55,815 nt of DNA from positions 1 to 55,815 of IMG/VR virus record IMGVR_UViG_3300013126_000040; one strand, written 5' to 3'. Shown piece after piece: positions 8,682 through 18,545 of this stretch. The translations under genes and the position numbers were made by a program. Source of the stretch: a virus. Taxonomy: Duplodnaviria > Caudoviricetes. Below the pieces are notes generated by a model, which was given only the letters and a program-made list of their open reading frames with translations, searched no databases and was not told the origin of the DNA. Positions within the stretch are counted from its first letter, which is position 1. Each line of letters begins with the position of its first letter.

Positions 8682-11600
8682 ATGGCTCAAAATATTGGCG
8701 AAGCGCAGATTAATCTATCAGTTAATACTTCCCAAATGGAAAGGGAAGTCTCAGCAGCTTTAAAAAGACTAGAAAGTAGAGGGTTTAATTTAGGACAAGG
8801 AATTAATTCTAGAGCTTTTACTCAACCTTTAGGTAGAATTACAGGGGCAGCAAATGAGTTTCAAAAATCGTTAGATGCATCTAATGCTCGTGTTATTGCA
8901 TTCGGTGCTTCTGCAGGAGCAATATATAGTGTTCAAAGAGCATTTACAGCTTTAATATCAAGTACGATAGAAGTACAAAAATCATTAACAGATATTAATG
9001 TTATATTAAATGCGGGCACAAAGACTTTAAGTCAATTTGGAGATCAATTATTTGAGATCGCGAAAAATAGTGGTCAAACATTTGCTACAGTCGCTACAGC
9101 AGCAGGAGAACTTGCTCGTCAAGGTTTAACCTTGGAGCAGACATTAAAAAGAACTAGTGATGCTTTAATTTTGGCGCGTCTTTCAGGTTTAGATGCAGCT
9201 TCGAGTGTAGAAGCTTTAACAGCTTCAATTAATTCTTTTAATCAATCTGCTTTAGATTCTACTCAGATTGTTAATAAATTGGCTAGTGTTGATGCGGCTT
9301 TCGCAGTCAGTTCTGCAGATCTTGCGGAAGCGTTAAAGCGAGTTGGTAGTTCAGCTCAAGACGTTGGTGTTAGTTTTGATGAGCTATTAGCTATTGTTGC
9401 AAGCGTTAATCAAACAACTGCAAGAGGTGGAGCAGTTATTGGAAATTCATTAAAAACAATTTTTACAAGAGTACAAAGAACAGATGTATTAGATCAATTA
9501 GAAGCTCTTGGAATAGCTGTTAGAGATTTAAATGGAAATACAGCTCCAGCAATTCAAATTTTAACAGGTCTTGCTCAAAAATTTGATCAACTTGGAGATG
9601 CTCAAAGATCTCAACTTGCAGAACTAGTTGGCGGTGTTTTTCAAATTAACGTTTTAAAAGCAGCTTTAGGAGACTTAAGCAAAGAATATTCTATATATGG
9701 AAATGCGCTAAAAACAGCTACAAATGCAAGTGATGAAGCTATTAGAAGAAATGAAGAATTAAATAAAACTTTAGCAGCTTTATTAAATAAAACTCTTGCA
9801 AATTTAACAAAAGTTGGAAGTGAGATTGGAGCTTTAAGTTTTCAACCAGCAATAGAAAAAGTTTTAGGAGGACTGAATACAGCTTTAGAATCATTTGATG
9901 TAAAAGGAGATAGTATTGGAAGCAAGATAGGCAAAGGCATTTTCGAAGGAATTGGTTCGTTTATCTCTGGTCCTGGACTTGCATTATTAATTGGAGTATT
10001 TGGAAAAATATTCTTAAATCTTGCAAAATTTACTACAGACGCAGTAAAAACAGTCTTAGGTTTAAATCGAGAAGCTCAAACTCAAGCGCAATTACAAGAA
10101 AGAATTAATTCTATACTAGCTCAAAATCCAGCTCTTGTTCAAAACATCTTAAACAAACAAGTATCTCTTTTACAAGTGGAAAAAGATATTCTTACGATCA
10201 TACAAGCTCAAACCCAAGCTCGTCAGCAATCTACTGCAATTGCTACTACTCTAACTCGTGGTTTAATTTCTAAAGGAGTAACATCTGAAAAAGGTGTTAT
10301 TAGATCTAAGAGTAGAGGTTTTATTCCTAATTTTAGTACAAATAAAGAAATTATGGGAGCAATATCTGGTGGTTATATGCCTGGACAAGTTAGATCAATG
10401 AATATTCCAAATTATGGTAGAGTTATATATAATGATGCAGAAACAGTAAAAAAATTCTCAGGATTAAAACAACCAGGTATTATGCCTCCAGAAGGTAGTG
10501 ATGCTGGCAAAAATTATAAACAAAAATTTAAAGATAAGTATGGCATTGATCCTTATGCAAGCAGCGGGTTTATTCCTAATTTTGCAGGTAGACCTGCAAC
10601 AAATTCTCAAATTGCCAGCATGATTGATCAAGGATATGTAAGAGTTACAGGCAATGAATTAAAAAGCTATTTAAAAGGTGCAGGTGGAGTGCTTGATCCA
10701 AAAAAAGCTATTCAATTTGGAGCAATAACAAGATATGATGAAACTTGGGTACCAGAAAGAAAATTTAATAAATTAGTTTATTCATCTAAAGCAGATTTAG
10801 AATCAATTGCAAAAAAGAAAGGGGGCGTTTTTGAAGATAAAGGAGGAGTACCTTTAGATTATGCTCTTGTATATCCTGGTTTCCAAGAAAGCAACAGATT
10901 TCCTACAAAAGGCAAAACAAGTAGAGGAAAAAATATAGGATTTTATGCTGTGCCATTTCCAGGACAATTAAAAAATAAGAAAAATGCTTTAGTTGGACCT
11001 GGAGTTTATGGTAATGCAATTAATGCTCTCGTAGATTCATCTGCTAGCTTTTTAACTGGTCTTGCTGGAGTTAGTCCAAGTGTTGTTAATTCTTCTAAAT
11101 TTAAAAGATATTTAAAAAGTAATATAACTCAAGATCAGCTTGGCACTCTCGTAGGAAATGTTTTTGAAGGAGGTATTCTTGCTGCGCTAGAAATCGCTCC
11201 ATCTGATCGTACAAGAGTGCTTGATCTAACAGCTGGAGAACTTCAAAAGGTAGGACAAACATTTAAGATTTCTTCTTTATCTGCTGGAGATTTTCTTGGT
11301 GGAGATTTTAAGAATTCTCTTTCAGTTGGAAATCGCAATAGTATGGCAGATAAAATTGTTAATAGTGGCATGAGAAAAGCTCTTGGTTTTATTCCTAATT
11401 TCTCTCCAATAGAAAAAGCTTTAAAAACAGAGAATAGGATGGGTGGTAAAGGAGTTTTAGATTATCAACAGGGAGTCGGATTATATGTAAGAGATGGTAA
11501 AACTCAACCAAATTTTGCAGCAGTAATGAAAGATCATCCAGAAGGCATTCAAAATGCAATTCAAAACTCTAGACAAATGCAGAAATTAGTTTCAAATGGT

Positions 11601-14600
11601 TTTATACCTAATTTTGCGCCAGCTGGGTTTGACCCAATGACATTATTTTTTACTATGCAAAGCTTTATGGGTATGGGGCAAAACGATATGAGCGAAGCCG
11701 TAATGAAAGAAGAGAGGAATAAGCTCGCTCAAATATTAAGAGAAAGAAGAGCTGCACAACAATTATTAGCTCAGGCAGAAAAAGCAGAGATTAAAGATCA
11801 AAAATTAATAACAACTCTCACAAATGAAAAAGCAGAATTTGAAGCGGCTGAAAGTAGGCAACGATCTTCTATGCAAAATCAAATGGGAGTTCTAGCAAGA
11901 AACCCAAGAGGCAGAATAGTTGGAGGTTTTGGAGGTGCAGCTGGTAGATTTGCTGGAAGATATGGCACAGGAATAGCATTAGCTGCTCCATTATTAACTG
12001 GAATAGCTAGTGAATTCGTTGGAGATGATGTTACTCGCGGTGGTAGAGCAACTAAAGCTGGAGTGACAGGCTTAGGTAGTATAGCTTCTTATGCTGGTAT
12101 TGGAGCAATGATAGGAAGCGCTATACCAGGTTTAGGTACAGGTGCAGGAGCTTTAATTGGAGGTGGATTAGGAGCAATTTCTGCAACGACTAATGCGATA
12201 AAAGAATTTAATGACATAATGCCAGAGTTGAAAGCCAAAGCAGAAAAAGCTCAAGAAGGTTTAAATAATGTAAATGCAGCTACTCAACTACTTTCTACGT
12301 CTTTAGAAACTCTTTCCAGTATTCAAAATAATACGTCTTTAAGTTCAGAACAAAGAGTAAGACTACAAGAAAAAGCAACTGAAGATCTTGCTAATAGTAT
12401 AGCTAAATTGAATGAAGCTCTTCCAGGATCAGCAGCTGAAATAGAAAATCTTTATAGAAAAGTCGGAGATACCGCAGAATTAAGGACTAAAATTTCAGAA
12501 CTTCAAGCAGAAGCTCAAAAATCTTCTCAAGCAATATTATCCGGTACAAGAGCTGTTGCAAGTTCGAAAAAATTTGAAGATTTAGTTGGGCCTGGATTTT
12601 TTGAAGGATTTTATGGTTTACTTGGAGAAACAGAGACTGTGCAAGAGAGGTATAAAGGATTAAAACCATCAGAAAGAGCCCAACTTAATCAAGATATAAC
12701 AAGTGGAGCAGAGAGTATATCTGGATTATTTAATAATTTAAGTAATACAGAAAGAAATATTCAAAGTTCAAAAATTCAGGAGTTAGTAACAACATTTAAT
12801 TCTAAAGGTCTTACAGGTCTAAAAGACCTTATATCTGGGCTTGTAAAAAATGGAGAAGATGCAGCGTATATAACAGAAATACTTAATGAAATTAATCCAG
12901 ACGCATTAGAGAGGTATTTTAATAAATGGCTAGAATTACAAAAATCTGCAGAAAGAACAGAAAAGTTAATAGCCGATACAAATGCAAAATTTGCTAGAGG
13001 TGAAGTACCTATAACTAGAATTGAAGATCTTCAAAGACAATTTGCTTTGCCTGGAGGAATTACTCCTGCTGCTTTAGGAAGAATTGATTTTAATAAAATG
13101 GAGCAAAATTTAAGTGGTCAAAAAAATCTAAACTTTGCTGAGCAATTTGCTACAGGATATAGAGAATTAAGTGATTCGTTAGGGTATGGAGCAGATAGAA
13201 TAAAATATTTAAGTGAATATACACAACAAGCCGCAGAGATACAAAAAGATTGGAATAATGGAGCAATTTCAACTACTCAAGCTTTTGAAAGATTAAAAAT
13301 AGCAATAGATAAAGTTAATTTCGAAAAAAATGCACCATTTATGTTTTCTGGGGAAAGAGCCCAAGCAAGACAAGGTATATTAGAGAGACAATTAAAGCAG
13401 GGTAAGTTTGCTGAAGGATTAGATCCATTAAATTCATTCTTTGATCGTTTTGGAGATAACGCAGCTACAACAGCAGATAAAATAAATAAATCTTTTGGTA
13501 ATTTAGCAGAAAACTTACAAACTGGATTTGAAGACGCATTTGGAGCATTTGTTGATGGAACAAAAACTGCCGACCAAGCATTCAAAGATATGCTATTAAG
13601 CATATCTCAACAGATTATTAAAGAACAATTTAGTATTGGCATGAGAAGTCTTCTTGGAGCATTTACTGGAGGTGGTGGTTTTGGTTCTACTGGTGGTGGA
13701 AACACAGGAGGATTTCTAGGTGGTATATTTAATAGTATATTTGGTGGTAAAGCAAAAGGTGGAATTATCAAGAAGTATAGTGGAGGAGGTTATGTAGATG
13801 GTGGAAGTGGAGTAAAAGATGATGTACCAGCTATGCTTACAGATGGAGAATATGTATTGAGAAAAAGTGCTGTTAATAAGTATGGGATTAATGCGCTAAA
13901 CATGTTAAATCAAGGAGGAATGATTAAAGGATATGCGGGGGGAGGTGGAATAGAAGGAAGAGGTTATCAACCTAGACCAGGAGAGAGAACTATGTCAGCA
14001 TATATTAACTCTATCTTTTCTCGTGGAAGGGATGTTTCCAGCTATTTAAATGATCGATTTTTACAAGCTAACAATAACATGGTATATAGAGGCGGTAAAG
14101 GTGGAGATATGTTAAGTAAACCTGTCCCTTTTGAAAGGAGATTATCGCAAGGGGACGCCGTGGGTCGCTTGGCAGGCTTAGAAGGCAAGATAATTAAAGG
14201 CGAAGCTTTACATAGTACTCCGATGTTTAAACAGGCCGCAGGTTATGCAGGAACTTCACTTAATATATCATTTAGGAATATAGCAGGAAAACAATTTAGT
14301 GTTAGTAGCTCAACAACTGATCTACCACTAGCATCAAGAGCAGATATGGTTCAAAGTTTTTATAATTTAGGAGATTCACTTGTGATGCGTCCTGGACCTG
14401 GAGGAGGTTCTGTATATACTCAAGCTATGGGCATGGATGTATTTGGAATAAAACTAAAAGATTATATAAATGCACAAGTTTCAGATACGGTTTTAAATAA
14501 TTTATCCCCAGAGGAAAGAAGACTTACTTCAATGACTTATACTGATGGATTAGAATTAGAGGCTAAAGGAGGGAGAAAAGGTCAAGCATTTTTAGTAAGA

Positions 14601-17600
14601 AGATATGGTGATGAAGCTGTACGATTGCCAGCACCTGCAAGAAAACGAATCAACCAAGAGATTAAAATGGGAAAAATATCTCAGCCAAGTTATATGCCCA
14701 AACCTCAAAGAGGCGCATATTTGGATAGTCAAATTCTCGCTAAATCTGCTAGAGGTTTAGGACCAACTTCAACGTTTTTTGATGATCTTGATATGGCAAG
14801 AAGTTATAGTGGCATAGGACAAACAACATTAGGTCCAAAACCTAATCTTGCTTCAACCATGGCGCCGTCATTAATGCAAACAGCAGCAAAACCTTCTTTA
14901 TTAAGCAGAGGATTAAGTTTAACAAAAGGTTTAGCAGGAGGATTATTTCAAGGTTTAGCTTATGGACCAGCAACAGAATTTTTAAATCCATCTTCTTTAG
15001 GCCCGATTCAGGGAACATTACCATATCAATTAGAAACAGGTCAAATATCAATGAAACAATTTGGATTATTATCTAATATTGAAAAATCTGATAGAGCTAT
15101 TTTTAATGCCATGAATAGACGATCTGCTGGCGGTAGAATTAAAGGATATGCAACAGGTGGAAGTATTAACGCTTTACTCGCAAATACTTATGATTTTTAC
15201 GGTGCAGCTGGAGAGAAATTAAATGAATATTATATGCCTGAAGCGTTTAAAACAACCGTAAATGCCCCAGGAGAATTATCTAATGTTCCGGCTTTAACTG
15301 GTAGATTTAATATATCAGATTTATTAAGCAGCAGAAGCTTAATGGATGAAAATAATCCAATGAATGCACTAAGAACTCAGAGATTTCTTGGAATGCAAAG
15401 TTATCAAGAGCAAGCAGCTAATTTCAAAACTGGATATAATGAACAATATCGTCAAGTTGAAGAACAAAGAAAAGAAGCTCAACGTTTAGCAGACGAAGAA
15501 AATGCAAGAAGAAGAGCAGCTTATAATCAACAAAGAATGGGAACACTTATAGGTGGATTACTGAGCGTAGGATTTTCAGCGATTTCACCATTTCTAGGAG
15601 GTATGGGCGGAGGTGGAGGAGGAATACTTGGAGGAATACAAAATATAGCTCAGAATGTTGTGTCAGGTATATTTAGTGGCGCTGGTCAAAGTGGCGGATC
15701 TCAAACTATGAGCGCTTATCAAAAAGAAATGATAGCTAAACAAAATGAACAAGCCATAACCTCGTACCAAAATTATGGATTTAATGATTTTAGAAAACAA
15801 GCGAACCTTTTTCCTCAATTTGGAAATCAAGGTGGATTTGGAGGCGGATTTGGTGGCGGAATGGGAGGATCAAATTTTGCACCAACTTCAAGCATTGGAG
15901 GTTTTCAATTTGGAGTTGGATTAGGAGCTCCAGCTGGTTTTCAAACTTATTTTCAAAATGCACAACAAGATTATCTTTTAAATTTTGCTTCTCCTGTGGC
16001 TCCAATTGCTCCTGGTCGCAGTAATCTTGTTTATGATTTTCTAAATCAAAATACAAACCCTTTTGGTTATAGCAGAGGATATGCAAAAGGCGGATTAATT
16101 AGAGGATATCAAGATGGAGGAATAGCGAATCAATATTTACCTTCAAATGCTCTAAATTTACTAGTCAAAGGATCAGATGGAAAAACTTATACATTGGCTC
16201 AAATGGGTCTTACAACAAATAATACTTATGCAGATTTAGAAAGAATGGGAGGTCAAGCTTTTGGTGGAGGTTATAATAATCCAGAGCTAATTTATTTATT
16301 AAATGAAATGCAGTCTGGATTAGGATCTCAATTTAATAGAGTAACAGGAATCAATGATTTATTTCATATGAAAAAGCGAGCTCCTGGCACATCTCACAGA
16401 ACAGGTTATAAAGCAGATTTTACTTTAAATGATTATAAAAATGGAAAAGAAAATATTATTAATTTCTTAAAAGGAAGAGGATTAAAACAAGGACAAGATT
16501 ATGCTTTAACATATGAAGGCCCAGGAACACCTGGTTCTACAGGAACACATTTTGATTTTAAATTAAATAAGACGGGAGTAGCTAAGGTTGCTGCAATGAT
16601 GAGTGGTATGCCTGTAGAAAATATAGCTATGATGCAAACTAACAGGCCAGTCATTGCGGGCGGTATACCATCAAGAACGGATTTACCTAATTATTTAGAT
16701 TTACCTCTTTCTCCTAGCGCATCTTTTCCTGGGGCAAGCACTAATAATATAGCAGGAACTAATATATCTACTATTGGTCCTCAAGCTAATCCTTTCACTA
16801 GAATAAATCCAATTACTCGCGCTTTAACTCCGGATGGTCCAAGTCGTTCTAATCGTCCATATATTGGAAGTAGAGGAAGCCCAGTGGGTTCATTAATGAA
16901 TCCAAATAAACCTACAGGTATACCTTCTCCTTTTTCATCTCGGGGAGTATTACCAAGTATGGGAAATCGAGGAGTTTTGCCAGCTAATCCAATTCAGCCT
17001 CAAACCGGAGATTTTCCTACTCGTGGAGTATTACCAAGCATGGGAAATCGAGGAGTTTTGCCAGCTACTCAGATTCCTGACATATCAAATCCTTATTTTG
17101 GCCCCACTAGAAGTCCTATTATGTATGATATGGGAGAAAATATTACAACAGCACCCAAAACAGTACAACCTTCACAGCCTCCTATGGGACCTAGCGCAAG
17201 AGCAACCACGCAGAACTTTGCTAAAAAAGTTAGTGAATATTTTCGTGATCCATTGGGTATACTTCCATCTGGTGGAGGATTAGGAAAAGGAGCGATTCCT
17301 ACTATTTTCCCAGGTAGGGGTAATATTCCTACGATTGAATCTCCAGCTAATCTTCCATCAGCGGCGCAAAAGAATGGATTACCTTCTTCTCAAGTCAATG
17401 TTCCAGGAGCAAATCAAACACCGCTTGATCTTAGCGATCCAATCATAGCCGAATATGTAAAAAGTCAATCTCAACTTTTTGAAGAAGCAGCTCAGAATTC
17501 TATGATGCAACTTCCATATTTTAGAGACTTAAGAAATATGGTAGATATGGCGACTGGAAATGCACCAACCCTTTATCAAAGCATAGGAAGTTTATATGAT

Positions 17601-18545
17601 GTAAAAAATAAAGGAGATTATGGTAAGTTAGCGGCAAGATTCTCTTCATTTTATGGTAATGATTTTAAAAATAGATACTCTTCATTTGGAGAAAGAGGAT
17701 TTAATAATTATTTAAATTATATTGGTGCAAGTCCATTTTCATCCTTATCACAATTTAATGCATTTAAGTTCCCAATGACACCAAATATGTATAGTCCATT
17801 TGCATTCGGTAGTAGATATTTTGGCGGCTTTGGTGGAACAGGATATCAATCTGGTTTTAATTCATTAGGAACGCCATTTAGTAATTGGTTTTCTACAGGT
17901 AGCCGATTAGGAATAACTCCAAGTTGGGCAAGTAGAGCAACTGGAGGTATGATATATGGTGGTACATCATATAAAGACGATGTTCCAGCTATGCTAATGG
18001 GTGGAGAATATGTGATCCGCAAAGATGTTGTAGATAGAATGGGAGAGCCTTTTTTTAATCGTCTAAATAGAGGACAAGCGCAAGGATTTGCAGAAGGAGG
18101 CCCAGTAGGAACGAACTTGCCATCCGTTGGTATGGGACAAAATACACAGCAAGATAATTCTAGGAACCAATTTGTAGAATCAATTACTAAATTAGTTAAG
18201 TCTTTAGAGCAATTAAATAAAGGAATAGAAGAGCAGAATAGAGAAGGCAAAAATCAAGCAGAAAAAACAGCGGACAGTTCAGAGGCTGCTGGAGGAGTTA
18301 CAAATAATATTAATATTAATGTTAATGTTGATCAAAACGGGAAAACAACAGATTCAACTACGCAACAAGATCAAAACTCTGGAACAGATCAAGAGACAGA
18401 TCAAGAGAAATTTAAGAAAACAATGGAAAGATCTAGAGTCCTCGCAGAACTACTAAGACAACAAATATTAAAAGTACTAGTCGAAGAACAACGTCCAGGT
18501 GGAGTATTGTATCAAGGTACTAAAGGAAGAGACTTAGGACGTTAA
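8682..18545 (+). CDS. Tape measure protein (TP901-type core) with multiple inserted domains
   Basis: 3287 aa. N-terminal TP901-type core (ELARQG, DLAEALKR.GS, G.VIGNSLKTIF); hydrophobic Gly/Ala segments; two lambda gpH-like DDVPAML..GEYV motifs. Confidence 0.92.
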   Translation: MAQNIGEAQINLSVNTSQMEREVSAALKRLESRGFNLGQGINSRAFTQPLGRITGAANEFQKSLDASNARVIAFGASAGAIYSVQRAFTALISSTIEVQKSLTDINVILNAGTKTLSQFGDQLFEIAKNSGQTFATVATAAGELARQGLTLEQTLKRTSDALILARLSGLDAASSVEALTASINSFNQSALDSTQIVNKLASVDAAFAVSSADLAEALKRVGSSAQDVGVSFDELLAIVASVNQTTARGGAVIGNSLKTIFTRVQRTDVLDQLEALGIAVRDLNGNTAPAIQILTGLAQKFDQLGDAQRSQLAELVGGVFQINVLKAALGDLSKEYSIYGNALKTATNASDEAIRRNEELNKTLAALLNKTLANLTKVGSEIGALSFQPAIEKVLGGLNTALESFDVKGDSIGSKIGKGIFEGIGSFISGPGLALLIGVFGKIFLNLAKFTTDAVKTVLGLNREAQTQAQLQERINSILAQNPALVQNILNKQVSLLQVEKDILTIIQAQTQARQQSTAIATTLTRGLISKGVTSEKGVIRSKSRGFIPNFSTNKEIMGAISGGYMPGQVRSMNIPNYGRVIYNDAETVKKFSGLKQPGIMPPEGSDAGKNYKQKFKDKYGIDPYASSGFIPNFAGRPATNSQIASMIDQGYVRVTGNELKSYLKGAGGVLDPKKAIQFGAITRYDETWVPERKFNKLVYSSKADLESIAKKKGGVFEDKGGVPLDYALVYPGFQESNRFPTKGKTSRGKNIGFYAVPFPGQLKNKKNALVGPGVYGNAINALVDSSASFLTGLAGVSPSVVNSSKFKRYLKSNITQDQLGTLVGNVFEGGILAALEIAPSDRTRVLDLTAGELQKVGQTFKISSLSAGDFLGGDFKNSLSVGNRNSMADKIVNSGMRKALGFIPNFSPIEKALKTENRMGGKGVLDYQQGVGLYVRDGKTQPNFAAVMKDHPEGIQNAIQNSRQMQKLVSNGFIPNFAPAGFDPMTLFFTMQSFMGMGQNDMSEAVMKEERNKLAQILRERRAAQQLLAQAEKAEIKDQKLITTLTNEKAEFEAAESRQRSSMQNQMGVLARNPRGRIVGGFGGAAGRFAGRYGTGIALAAPLLTGIASEFVGDDVTRGGRATKAGVTGLGSIASYAGIGAMIGSAIPGLGTGAGALIGGGLGAISATTNAIKEFNDIMPELKAKAEKAQEGLNNVNAATQLLSTSLETLSSIQNNTSLSSEQRVRLQEKATEDLANSIAKLNEALPGSAAEIENLYRKVGDTAELRTKISELQAEAQKSSQAILSGTRAVASSKKFEDLVGPGFFEGFYGLLGETETVQERYKGLKPSERAQLNQDITSGAESISGLFNNLSNTERNIQSSKIQELVTTFNSKGLTGLKDLISGLVKNGEDAAYITEILNEINPDALERYFNKWLELQKSAERTEKLIADTNAKFARGEVPITRIEDLQRQFALPGGITPAALGRIDFNKMEQNLSGQKNLNFAEQFATGYRELSDSLGYGADRIKYLSEYTQQAAEIQKDWNNGAISTTQAFERLKIAIDKVNFEKNAPFMFSGERAQARQGILERQLKQGKFAEGLDPLNSFFDRFGDNAATTADKINKSFGNLAENLQTGFEDAFGAFVDGTKTADQAFKDMLLSISQQIIKEQFSIGMRSLLGAFTGGGGFGSTGGGNTGGFLGGIFNSIFGGKAKGGIIKKYSGGGYVDGGSGVKDDVPAMLTDGEYVLRKSAVNKYGINALNMLNQGGMIKGYAGGGGIEGRGYQPRPGERTMSAYINSIFSRGRDVSSYLNDRFLQANNNMVYRGGKGGDMLSKPVPFERRLSQGDAVGRLAGLEGKIIKGEALHSTPMFKQAAGYAGTSLNISFRNIAGKQFSVSSSTTDLPLASRADMVQSFYNLGDSLVMRPGPGGGSVYTQAMGMDVFGIKLKDYINAQVSDTVLNNLSPEERRLTSMTYTDGLELEAKGGRKGQAFLVRRYGDEAVRLPAPARKRINQEIKMGKISQPSYMPKPQRGAYLDSQILAKSARGLGPTSTFFDDLDMARSYSGIGQTTLGPKPNLASTMAPSLMQTAAKPSLLSRGLSLTKGLAGGLFQGLAYGPATEFLNPSSLGPIQGTLPYQLETGQISMKQFGLLSNIEKSDRAIFNAMNRRSAGGRIKGYATGGSINALLANTYDFYGAAGEKLNEYYMPEAFKTTVNAPGELSNVPALTGRFNISDLLSSRSLMDENNPMNALRTQRFLGMQSYQEQAANFKTGYNEQYRQVEEQRKEAQRLADEENARRRAAYNQQRMGTLIGGLLSVGFSAISPFLGGMGGGGGGILGGIQNIAQNVVSGIFSGAGQSGGSQTMSAYQKEMIAKQNEQAITSYQNYGFNDFRKQANLFPQFGNQGGFGGGFGGGMGGSNFAPTSSIGGFQFGVGLGAPAGFQTYFQNAQQDYLLNFASPVAPIAPGRSNLVYDFLNQNTNPFGYSRGYAKGGLIRGYQDGGIANQYLPSNALNLLVKGSDGKTYTLAQMGLTTNNTYADLERMGGQAFGGGYNNPELIYLLNEMQSGLGSQFNRVTGINDLFHMKKRAPGTSHRTGYKADFTLNDYKNGKENIINFLKGRGLKQGQDYALTYEGPGTPGSTGTHFDFKLNKTGVAKVAAMMSGMPVENIAMMQTNRPVIAGGIPSRTDLPNYLDLPLSPSASFPGASTNNIAGTNISTIGPQANPFTRINPITRALTPDGPSRSNRPYIGSRGSPVGSLMNPNKPTGIPSPFSSRGVLPSMGNRGVLPANPIQPQTGDFPTRGVLPSMGNRGVLPATQIPDISNPYFGPTRSPIMYDMGENITTAPKTVQPSQPPMGPSARATTQNFAKKVSEYFRDPLGILPSGGGLGKGAIPTIFPGRGNIPTIESPANLPSAAQKNGLPSSQVNVPGANQTPLDLSDPIIAEYVKSQSQLFEEAAQNSMMQLPYFRDLRNMVDMATGNAPTLYQSIGSLYDVKNKGDYGKLAARFSSFYGNDFKNRYSSFGERGFNNYLNYIGASPFSSLSQFNAFKFPMTPNMYSPFAFGSRYFGGFGGTGYQSGFNSLGTPFSNWFSTGSRLGITPSWASRATGGMIYGGTSYKDDVPAMLMGGEYVIRKDVVDRMGEPFFNRLNRGQAQGFAEGGPVGTNLPSVGMGQNTQQDNSRNQFVESITKLVKSLEQLNKGIEEQNREGKNQAEKTADSSEAAGGVTNNININVNVDQNGKTTDSTTQQDQNSGTDQETDQEKFKKTMERSRVLAELLRQQILKVLVEEQRPGGVLYQGTKGRDLGR
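16939..17067 (+). repeat. 48-bp direct repeat (2 copies, 81-bp period) encoding RGVLPSMGNRGVLPA
   Basis: 16939-16986 and 17020-17067 differ at two synonymous positions. Confidence 0.9.

Noticed and set aside
16939-17067. 48-bp repeat pair as a DGR template/variable repeat
   Set aside because: The differences are two synonymous non-adenine changes, and there is no reverse transcriptase in the window.
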